The notes below the pieces were generated by a model. That model was not told where the DNA came from, searched no databases, and saw only the letters and a list, made by a program, of their open reading frames with translations. The position numbers and the translations under genes were made by a program. A stretch of 63,885 nucleotides of DNA, filler included, from Bipalium vagum (lineage: Eukaryota), in assembly GCA_037834085.1 (NCBI GenBank). It is 3 parts of 3 records of this genome, joined end to end, with 100 filler letters (N's around TTAATTAATTAA, not from the genome) between each part and the next. Parts side by side here need not be neighbours in the genome. Positions count along the whole stretch, not along the records: positions 25,502 to 47,811 come from JBBMKC010223565.1; positions 47,912 to 63,885 come from JBBMKC010135330.1; 1 more part is not named here. One strand, 5' to 3'. This document shows positions 38,830 through 49,974 of the stretch, one piece after another (the first letter of the stretch is position 1; each line of letters opens with the position of its first letter).

Positions 38830-39653
38830 CAGCTGGCAAACTCAAAGCCGAAATCAGGAAAATATATTTAATTATTAAAAATCTTTTGTTATTTTCATCC
38901 CCACTGTATCACAAAATGGGTATGTTGATTTTTCCGTTTTCTGATTGAACATCTAAGGTAATGCGATTCATGTCAGTGAGGCCTCTTTCCTGATTTCCCC
39001 CTTGTCCTGGTCCTATTTTTAGTTCTTTAATGACCTTTTAACATTTTGTTCTTCGTCTATTCAACTTGATACTGACTGAATTTTGACCATTTATGTTTCC
39101 TATTTATTAGTGACCGATTTTTAAACATTTTCTTATCCCCTCTTTCATTATCGATCAATTATTTTCGGTCGATATTGGAAATGGTTCATAGTAATCGATT
39201 ATGATCAAATAAAGAATTGCAAAGACAAGAAATTAAAATCAAACAAAAAGAATATTTTTGATCATTAGAAATCTTTGCTCCCTAATTTTTCACCTTTCAG
39301 TAAGATCTATTAATTTTTCCTCTTACAAGAGATTTATTACTGAGAGCATCTTTTCGATTCGCAAACGACGGATTTTTATTCAAAACTCTTGTTTTTAAAA
39401 TACTTTTACACTTGTAATTATCAATTAATTAATTTCGATTGATATTTTAAAATTTTCACAATTTAATAACTGATAGGTTGAATTGACTCTTCTAAATTAT
39501 TTATCAAATAATAAAGAGCGGAGTACTTTTTAAAATCGGTATTTCTAGCATATTAAAACAAATAATTTTAATTATTTTCTTAGAATAATAATAATCTATG
39601 CTGACAAATGAAAAGACGAAATGAGAAAGTAAAAACAAACAAGATAAATATAT

Positions 39654-41603
39654 TTAATCATCGAAAATCTTTTCACTCTTGATCATTTTCGCTCGATTAC
39701 GTTCGATCTGTTGATTTTTCCGTTTTCTGACCGACTCATCGATAGCGCCAAAATGATTCACCGTATCAAAAGATTCATCGTCGGCAATCACAGAGTCCCT
39801 CACAGAGTTTGTCGGTTTTGCTCTGCCTCGACCACGACCACGTCCCCGACCCGTTGCTCCTCTTTTCGATTGGTTGACGGAAATTTCGGGAATTTCGCTG
39901 TCCCCTTCTCCATCACTATCTCCTCTCTTGGCGATCGCACTATGATCTGTTCTGTCGACGTTTTCCGAGCCAATTGACGACGCCATCAACTGTCGGAACA
40001 GTCTGTCATCATCATCACCACCATCGTCGCCATGGACCCGGTCACCGTTGTCATTGTGTACCGCGTCAAAGGCCTCAATGAATCGCTGAATTTCGTTCCC
40101 AACGTAATCAAACGCCGTCTGTCTTTGCTTCAGATGGCTCTGCACCTTATCAATCTGTAAATCCACCAATCGGTTGACGATATCTTTGTTGTCTTTGATG
40201 ACCGACATTTTGATAGCCTGGCCCAGCCGTTTTTCACTCAGAAACGCCAACTTGTCGTTTGTCGTGCGGAAATGCTGTCTCACCAAATCCTCGACTCGTG
40301 CTCCATCTAGGCCACGATCACCGACAACGTTCTTTACGTTGAGCACCGCCCGGTCTCCCCCGCACAAGTTTGACGCTTCGCGATTGCGCTGCTCTCGTCT
40401 CCGGTGCAACAGAATCATGTCCTTGGGGTTGGCGACCTGATCGATGTAGCGTTGACTGAACCTCATCACGCTGAACATGTCGAAGCCTCCACTGTAATCG
40501 ACGGCCAATCGGATCAGTGGTAACTTTGGTTGGTCCTTGTGACCAGTTAATAGAGCAGGAACCGTTGCCAGCATCTGGCGCACTCTGGCGTGACAGAACT
40601 GCTCAACCTTGTCGTTCAGTGCGGTGTAGTTCGCCAATCTGTTGTCATTGTTGTTGAACTGGTCCTCCTCGTCCTCCAGGACGACAGTGTCCATAATCAA
40701 TGGTCGCACGGTTTGCAGCTTTAGCTTTTCAATTCGAAACTCTTTGGCCCGGATCTCTAACAGTCCAATGAATTTTTCCGCCGCTTCGCCCTCACATAGG
40801 GACGTGGCCACAGAGCTCCCGGGCTGGGTAACGTAGAACTGCTGCGAGACGTTGAACTCGGGGTCAATACGACAGTCGTGCTCGTGGCCCCATAAGACTA
40901 AATCGATAAATGGGGGTAGAAACGATTCCGGAATGTAATTAGTCGCTCCGTGCTTCACCCGGTTCTGGTGCATGACAAGAACCGAGAACCACTCGTCGGT
41001 CTGTTCTGTGGGTCGCAGAAAGGAGATTTTGTTCTGCTGGAAAAGTCGGTGGAGTCGCTCGTTGCGAATTGCACCCAATCCGTACAATGCCACTTTCGTG
41101 TCGCCCTTCACTAATAATATCGGCTGGATCGTTATAAACTCCACCGACGATGTTTTGCCAAATAGGTTCACCAGGCCCGACGCGTGGAACAGGTCCAGGG
41201 CACACAGGTTAGACTGGTCGACGGGATCGTCATGGTTGCCGTGAATGGTAAAGATCGGCATTCCAACGTTCAGGTTTTGATCGTTGAAGTTTGAGAATTT
41301 GAATCGTTCGCTGTGGCCGAAGTTAATTGATTGATCGCTGATGATTTTGAAATTTATAGGGTCATTGTTGAACGAATATTTCCTTATAAGTTCTGTACAT
41401 TTGAAAAGCGCCATTAACGACGGTTTGTTTTCGTGAAAAAGGTCACCGCCAAGCAGAACGAAATCTGGTTTATGTACTTCTGATAGGTTAAGAATCTCTT
41501 CAAAAGTCACAAAAGAATCGTTGCCTCGAATTGGGTCTTTTTCTAGGAATCCTAAATGATTATCCGTGGATAACAATATGCGGAACTTGTCTTTATCATT
41601 CAT
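39654..41603 (-). CDS. MRE11: Double-strand break repair nuclease MRE11 (649 aa, uninterrupted CDS)
   Basis: All five phosphoesterase motifs (STDNHLG, GGDLFHEN, HGNHDDP, HQNR, WGHEH), QPGSSVATSL, capping domain (PLIRLAVDY, VANPKD), and a C-terminal GAR motif RGATGRGRGRGRGRA. Confidence 0.98.
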   Translation of the reverse strand: MNDKDKFRILLSTDNHLGFLEKDPIRGNDSFVTFEEILNLSEVHKPDFVLLGGDLFHENKPSLMALFKCTELIRKYSFNNDPINFKIISDQSINFGHSERFKFSNFNDQNLNVGMPIFTIHGNHDDPVDQSNLCALDLFHASGLVNLFGKTSSVEFITIQPILLVKGDTKVALYGLGAIRNERLHRLFQQNKISFLRPTEQTDEWFSVLVMHQNRVKHGATNYIPESFLPPFIDLVLWGHEHDCRIDPEFNVSQQFYVTQPGSSVATSLCEGEAAEKFIGLLEIRAKEFRIEKLKLQTVRPLIMDTVVLEDEEDQFNNNDNRLANYTALNDKVEQFCHARVRQMLATVPALLTGHKDQPKLPLIRLAVDYSGGFDMFSVMRFSQRYIDQVANPKDMILLHRRREQRNREASNLCGGDRAVLNVKNVVGDRGLDGARVEDLVRQHFRTTNDKLAFLSEKRLGQAIKMSVIKDNKDIVNRLVDLQIDKVQSHLKQRQTAFDYVGNEIQRFIEAFDAVHNDNGDRVHGDDGGDDDDRLFRQLMASSIGSENVDRTDHSAIAKRGDSDGEGDSEIPEISVNQSKRGATGRGRGRGRGRAKPTNSVRDSVIADDESFDTVNHFGAIDESVRKRKNQQIERNRAKMIKSEKIFDD

Positions 41604-44009
41604 CTAAAATGATTTTAAAGGCCTATAAGTTTAGAATAATATTTTTGAAATTTTCTCCTTATATTTACAAAAATGACATCATAACTTTATTCATATAACG
41701 TGAGAGTTGAAATAAGTCAAAAATGAGAAATTTTAAATTTGCGAACATTTACATTATTTAAACACGCTTTTGTTGCAAGTAAAAGATTAATTAAATTATT
41801 AAAATAGTGTAAGTGCAAATGAATTCATGAAAATACCAAAAAAATTGAGAATTTAAAGGAGTTTACAAGATTAATTTTTTAAAAATTTAAATTATTAATG
41901 TTTTATTACATGAAAACCATATATTTGAAATTTCAGATTTAATTTAGACATATTATAATTAAATTTTAGGCTAAAAATTGAGAAATTATTAGATAAATGT
42001 TATATTCAAAAAATATTTTTTAGTTGATTTTAGATTTCTTAAAAAATTCGATGTTGTAACTTCATTAAATTTTGAAATATTTTTACAGTTTATGGTTTTT
42101 TATTTTTCTAATCTTAATGATTGGAATATAAAATGGCAGTATGAGAGTTATACAGTTCTTAAAATGAATAACCCATCAAAATTTACTCATTTTTAAAATT
42201 TAAATATAGCTTGAGATGAATTTAGAGTTTGATCTACTTTAGTCCTTGATGACCTCTTTATTAAATTGATCTCTATTTTAAAAATAATGTAAAGGTCTCA
42301 AGTGTTTATTAAGGTTAAATGATATTTATTATAGCACATTTAAACAAAATTTTGATTACTTAATACATACCTTTAATTTTAATTATCAGAAATTATTAAG
42401 TAAATTAGGGCAGTTATAAATTTATTCTGTGATTATTCGGTCATATATAAGCATATTCCATTTAAGAAACTACGTTTTTATGGCTATTTTTGAAAGTTTA
42501 TTGATTTATAATTAACATTTTAAGATTAGACTAATAAAAACCTAATCATATCAAAATTTTATTTAGATCATTCACTGGCTGCAAATTGTGTACACTAAGT
42601 CTTCTATCAAAATTGGTAAAGAAAAATGTCATAGATAAAAAGTGGAAAAGTCTTTTCATAGTTAAATTATAAATTATAATTATAAATTATATCATGAGTT
42701 CAGAGAAAAATGCAAAATATCTTGTTGAATAAGCAATATTAGTAATAAATTATTAATTATTATTTAATCAAAAATAAACTATTAATCTACCATATAAAAA
42801 TTAAAACCTTTTAATTATAAGTTAGAGAGCTCTTAAGGGAGTCTAAAGCATTTATTTATCGAAAAGCACAAATATAAAATTTTATAACTGTCATCTCCGA
42901 ATGTACTACGAATTCCCGAACAGATTAAAAAAAATCAAATAAGTCAACAGGGTTTTCGATAGATAGAATCATAAAAAAAATTTTGAATCATTTAATAATG
43001 ATATCGAATAATAAATATCTGCCAGAAACAAAACTAAAGGAAATATCTAAATAGATTGCCGATTGCAATCTTGAGCCCTTGAAATTCTGTACGTTCACCA
43101 TTCAATCATCATTACCAATCTCGCTCACGACCCAAACACAATCCTCAAGGTAATAAACAAAAATTCAATCAAGTTAACGATACAATTACCGAAGAAATAT
43201 ACCATATGTTCAAAGTGTGTAGTTTCTCAATGGCACTCCATAAAACCCTTAAAGAAATCCGATACCCCTTAAAATACTTATTTAAAATATTAATTAATTA
43301 ATCAGGTAATAAATTTTAATTAACCACTGAATAGGTCCTTGGAAAATTTTCCCTAAAATTATTTTTAGCGTAATTAAAACCTATTAAAAATAATTAAAAC
43401 AATAATGAGAAGTTTTAAAGAGTAATTAAGGGAAGATTTTGGGAGAAAATTGGGAAAACGAAGAAATTAGGTCACCCAAAAATGATCATCAAGGAGCACA
43501 TTTGGGAATTTGGAGGGTGCTCATCTCCAAACTGATTAGTTTAGAATCAGTATAAAGGAGAAGCATTTCCTCACAATTTTATTCCTCTAGAAGCGTGCAA
43601 AATAATATATTATTGTATCATATTATTCGATTAGAATAAGATTATTGTTTATTCGATTTACAGAAGAAGATTATTGTTATTCATTTCGTAAGGAGAACAT
43701 TATGGATTATTAAAAATATTATCGTTTATTATTTGCAACAAGCATTTTTAATGAATGCTTACAGAACTGGGATTATGCTTGAATTCCACATCAGAGAGTT
43801 ATCGGTGAGCAACCGTGAGGGCTCAGGTAATAGCTCGGGAGTTTTAGCTGAAGGTTAACCGAAAAATATTTTGTTTTATTTGTTAACTGATTATTTTTAT
43901 TTAAATAATAAAAATAATATTAATACTAATAATAATTTTGTTTGCGTTTTTTTATAATTAACTATTCAAGTTTGATTAAACGTTCAACGTCAATGTACGA
44001 TTCTTTAGA

Positions 44010-44290
44010 AATTTCAAAAAACAGACATAACCTTTTTTGGTTTGCAATTGTTTGTGGACCTTCACCTCTTTTGAACCATTATCTTTAACTCACATCATCA
44101 TTATACTTAATCCACTTTTCATCTCCGACGATCATATATTTATGAAATAGTTCTAGTTTTTTTATTTTTAATAAAAACTCAGAATAGAAATTTTGATGAT
44201 TAAATTCGATGTAGATAAATAGTGAGGCATCAAAACCACTACTATGATACCTTAACATGTAACTTTAGCTCGTAAATCAATAGCACATCA
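44010..44290 (-). mobile_element. mariner internal remnant
   Basis: Minus strand: MIVGDEKWIKYNDDVS*R*WFKRGEGPQTIA...KKVM. Confidence 0.7.
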
Positions 44291-47200
44291 CTACTCAATG
44301 TTCGTTTTACTATTGTAGCTGCACAAATTTAAACCCAATTTGAATCAAAACAATCCCAGTAAAACTTTATTGATAAGCACAAAATAAATCACACAAAAAT
44401 CTAAAGCTGTCAAATAATTGGGTGGATAAAAATCTCGTAACCCACTGATCAAAAGTCAATAAAAATATAACAATAAGTCAATTTCCTTAATATCAAATGA
44501 TCAAAAATGAATATATGAACATATATCGTAATATAATAATGAAACAAGTTATGAGAATTTAAAAACAAATAATAAAACGATTTGTGAAAAGCAAATAATA
44601 ATCAAAAAATCACAAAGAAAAATAAAATGGAATCAATAACTATCTCACCAGGAGCAACAAAGAGTCCCCGGGTCGTCCTCTAGGTATTTTTCAAGTCACC
44701 TAGAGATTTCCAAACTCACTGGGTCCCCTTGGTAAATCTGCTTGCATCATTAGTGGCATAACTAAGTAAAACAAGATCTCACTGGAATATTTTCGTTGAT
44801 GACTGGATCTCGTTTTGAAAAGCAGATCTTTGTATAAATCTTCTTTTGATAAAAACCTTCTTCGGAATAGAAAAATTATCTTAGTCCACAAACAAATCCT
44901 CCTTTCGAAGGCAAACAAATCTTCAAAATAAATCCTCCTTTGTTTTCGATGGTAAGATTTCGATATATGGCTGTTGTGCCTTTGGCAAACTCAACAAAAA
45001 GAATTTTCTTGTAACTATGATTTTCAAAATGATTTTAAAGGTTTTTTAATCTCATTACTGCTTCTGTGATGTTGTTTAATTACTTTTATGATTTCGTTGT
45101 CTTCTGTGATTGCTCAGTTAGAACGAGGTAAATCTTTTAACTCATATTTTCCTTTGCAAAATCTTAGGAACCAATCCCGCAACGCTCTTTGTAATATGGT
45201 ATCAGACACATAAACGGCATACCGTGTTTCTTGGATAATAAGGCCTCCTTGGAAAGTAAGCCCTCGTATTAACTACCCTTGTATTTTAGTATCCTTTTTA
45301 TTTTTAAAAAACGTTTTTTTCAAAGAATTTTTTTATTTATTATTATAATACATGTATTTTTACAAATTAAAGTTACTATTAATATATAATATTTTGCTTT
45401 TATTTAATATATCATTTATTCGTACCTTTTTCTTATATTTTTTTTAGGAAAACATAACTTTTAATCTTTTAAAGTCATTTTTTATTATATTGTTAGATTA
45501 GAAAATTGAGCATCAAAATAATAGACAAGGTTCAAATATATTTATTATATTATATATTGTATTATATAATAAAGAAATTATTTAAATGAAATATTATTAA
45601 TTATTGTAATATAAGCTCTCCTTTGATAATAAGCTTTGACGTGATTTTTCCTCAAAAATTTTATATAAGACCGGTTTTATTTTCGAAAAAACACGGTATA
45701 TTCTTTTGACCACATGACTAGCATTTTTCAATTTCAGAAAAAATTTTGGTTGAACTTTGATATCACTGCAGCTCTTTTGGTAAGTTTAATTTAATATTTA
45801 TGAATTTAATATTTCTTATGTTATAAAAGTTTTTAAGAATTCTGACTTCCAGAGTTATTTTTTTCACTAGCGGAGCGCTTTATGGGAGCACAACTTTCGT
45901 TAAATTTAATAAAATACTATATAGTTACAAAAGTAAAGCCAATATTAATAATAATTTGAGATTAAATTAATCATTTAAAACAAAAACAAAATGCTGAAGC
46001 TGTATATCGAATGAAATCCAAAATTTTAAAAATCATTGGATTTCTTCTTTATTTTAAATATTTTGCTACATATTTTAATTCAAATAAACAAATGATATTA
46101 ATATAATTTTTTATAAATATTTGATGGTTTGATTTCATTAATAAATTTTTTCAAAACTGCATTTCAAACTAAAATATTACCTGTAAGTCCAATCAAAACA
46201 GTTTATGATAAACACGATGGAATTTTTTTAGCATATTTGTGACTCGGTCAATGATCAACCTGTTTATCGAATACATTCGATCTGAGCTGAATATTTAAAA
46301 GTTCCAGGTTAATTCATTAATTTACAGAAAAAGGAAAGAGTCACTGACTTGTGAAAAGACTCTGACTCCTACATATGGATTGGCCAAGTCTCCATTGACA
46401 GTCACTAGAGTCAGTCGAGATTTAGACGAGAATTAGGCTAAAAGAGAATTACAGAAAAATCAATTAGGGATCGAAATTGTACTGAAATTATAAATTGTGA
46501 TGAAATTGTAAATTGAATTAAAGATATAATCGAAATGGGTTGTGAATTGAGCAAATTGGAAAGAAGAATTTGTTGGATCAAAAGCGATTGACTCTTCATC
46601 TTATTATTTGTGATTTGGTAATTTTGTTTTCCTTTAGTGGTTACTGAATAAATATGGCAAAATCTTGACAATATTTGTTTTTATTTTTTGTCCGGTGGCG
46701 AACGGACCAAAAGAAAATTATTAGAGTCAGAGAGCAATAATAGATAGGTTGAGGAGCACCGATAAAAACAAAGTGATTCTTTTGAATATTAACAAAAACA
46801 GCAAGTACTTTCCTTAAAGTTAAAAAGTTATCTAAGTGCTGTCTGTTCCTGAAACTTCTACAAGACTTTTCAACACTTGTCTTAAAGAAGAAGATCAGAT
46901 GTTAGCCCAATGTATATGTCAGACAGAGCTTTATGTCTTCATAATAAAAAGTTGTTTAAAAAAATTTTGTAACCATCACCTAGTGTTAACTAGTCGACCG
47001 ACCTAGTTTAGTATTTACAATTTATTTAACCTAAATACCGATCTATTTATTTTTAAACTAGGTCACATACTATTTCGGTCATCTAATATTTTATAAAATT
47101 AGGAAATAATTATTAATATTATTAATAGATAATAATATCATTCAATAAGACATCATCGTATTTAAATAGTATTAGGATATTTTAGACTGTCTAACTATGA

Positions 47201-47811
47201 ACAGGTAACCGAAACATTGTGCATTATACACAAGGAATGTAATGATCTTGATAATATTTTGAATTAAATATGTATTATTGTTATAATTTCACTTAAAACC
47301 AAAGACAGTGAAAAATTAGGAGAAAATTATTTGATGGTAAGCTAAAAGATAGAGAATTAAAAGAAAGGTATAAATGGAATCTAAGATTAAGAGGATCGTC
47401 TGAAAATCAATTTCATTAAACAGCAACACTTTATTAAGATCTAGGGAAAGTACTAAAGAGCATATTACACAATTATTTGAATAACGAAAAGAATTACGGA
47501 ATGGTCGATAAGGTCTTAGGTGACCAGTTAGACTGTGAATAGTTATCATGGTCAATTGTCAATATTTCTAACAATGTAAATGATAATTAAAGAAGGAAAG
47601 CTGATCAATTCCGAAAAGATATTTAACATGAAAAAAGGGAAGGATGAACTAAAAGACGATTTGAGTGAAAAAGAAAACATAAACAAAGATCACACATGCA
47701 GAGTTTTGGTAAATTGGCTACAAGTAGAAACTTAGCAGTAGTAATCTCCGATGTGCCAAAGTGTTCAAAGAAGAGAGAATTTTCCTTATGTACAAACAAA
47801 ATATAGGTCAT

Positions 47812-47911
47812 NNNNNNNNNNNNNNNNNNNNNNNNNNNNNNNNNNNNNNNNNNNNTTAATTAATTAANNNNNNNNNNNNNNNNNNNNNNNNNNNNNNNNN
47901 NNNNNNNNNNN
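47812..47911. other. Synthetic 100-nt scaffolding spacer
   Basis: N44 + TTAATTAATTAA + N44. Confidence 0.95.

Positions 47912-47960
<49 letters not shown>
47912..47960. repeat. (TAT)n microsatellite at a contig start
   Basis: About 16 TAT units immediately after the spacer. Confidence 0.95.
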
Positions 47961-47962
<2 letters not shown>

Positions 47963-49920
47963 TTTAAGAAACAATGAAATCGTTTAAAGTTATACTTTTA
48001 TTTTGTTATCAAACACTTTTCCAAGCTACATTTAATAATAAATTCAAATTTTTAAAATAAATTCAAATTTTAATCTTAATAAAATTATACTTTTTATGAA
48101 TTATTATTAATTTGTTTAAAATAATATTTTAAATTTAGTAACATTTCTTTTGTCTCTTGTACTAGAGAATAGCCCAAATACCGTTAATTATGTGATAATA
48201 ATAATAAAATAAAATCGCGTCAATTAATTAATATTTTTATCGACTGAAAACGCTACAAAAACTGTAAAGCTTAAGACTCATAGTGAATAATGACAGTTTA
48301 TTAAAACAATTTATCACTTTAAAAAATTAATTTTTGAATAAAATTTTTAAAAATCAATTTTTTATGTACTACAATAAATGATCTTCAAACCATAATGGTC
48401 ATTCTTTCATTCAGGAAATCTTTCAACATCTGATCTTCAAATTGTAAGGGTCTTTCTTCATTAAATATTAAATCGAATACATGAGTGATCATCAAACTGT
48501 AGAATAAATAAATAAATTATTTTAATAAATTATAATTATGATTTTTATTAATTAAATAAATAAAAAATCGATAAACAATTATTTTTAAATATTTTAAAAA
48601 ATTATTGAAAGTCGATTTAATCAATTCATTTTCTTGTAATATTATTATATTGATTTATTAATAAATTAATTTTTATTATTAATAGATTAATAATATCAAT
48701 ATATATTTCTTAATTTATTATATGTCCATTGTATATTTTTCAATTTAAAATAATTTAGTTAATTTATTTTACAAATATTTTATTTATTCACATTTTTTAG
48801 AATTAACATTTCTCAATAGAAAATCTTCGTGAAGTAAACCCATAAAAAATTAAAACTAGTCAGGCGGAAATCAATTATATTTAAACAAACAATACCAAAT
48901 AAAATTGACATGGGATAAATAATATTTGTGTATATTAAAACAACAAATATCATTTAAAATTTAATTCACTTTGAACAATAAATAAAGAATTAACAATAAA
49001 AATTGAAATAAATCTAATTAATTTAAAATTAGGATCAAATTATATTTTTTGGATAATTAATTAATTATGAAGATATTTTCGAGAAATTATTTTTACTTGT
49101 CACAACTGTGAAAGATGAGTGAAATTGAGCAAGGCTCGGTTATAAGGCCAGCTGTATTTTAGAAGAAGCTGGGTGAGTTATCCATACGTTGATGAGGCAT
49201 CTCGGCTTATTTGCTTACGATAAATAGGAAGTGATATTTCCTGAACAAATCTTTGCTCTAATTGGCTTTCGAGACCAACTGATTTGAGAACAAATACTCT
49301 GCAATCGTTTTAGCAAATCTTGCAAGTAACGCAAGAGGCCAGAGAGAATATCACCAATAAATATCAGCAACTGTGCTTCTGTGGAGAATGGAAAAAGCCA
49401 TTTTGAGCACGCAAGAGCACAAAGCTGTTCTCAATTCATGCATCGACTGAATGTTTCGTGCAGCTGAGTTTCCTGAGAAGCTGTATCTCTTCCTCTCTAG
49501 GTTAATACTTCCGGTTTGCGATGTTTAGAAGAGCATACATAGTTGGTTTTCGATTTGTTAATACTGACTTCGATTTTTTTTTAATTTATCTTAAGAAACT
49601 TTGTTGTGATTGGGAAAAATTGCCCATTTCATACTTATAAGTCCCAATTTTCGTTTAGAAAAAATTGATGTTGAGATATTTTACATTTTAACATTTCATA
49701 TATTTTAGTCAAATTTAAAATTATGTTGCTTATTATTTTACAGCAATCAAAAATATTTACATGGGTTTTGATTCAATTATGTTAATTTAATTAAGTTAAT
49801 TAATTAAGTTTCTTATCAAATTCCAGTGTATTAATTCTTTATTTTTGACTTAATTCCTATTTTGAGATTGTGATCACTTATTGGCGAATTTCACTTCAAT
49901 TTTATGCATAATTTGAAAAA

Positions 49921-49973
<53 letters not shown>
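49921..49973. repeat. (ATT)n microsatellite
   Basis: About 17 ATT units. Confidence 0.95.

Positions 49974-49974
<1 letters not shown>

Noticed and set aside
39711-41244. Antisense and alternative-frame ORFs in MRE11
   Set aside because: Shadows of a GC-rich CDS.
43300-43870. LTR-like, purine-rich segment with a TATA box
   Set aside because: No TG...CA boundaries, PBS, PPT or second copy could be established.
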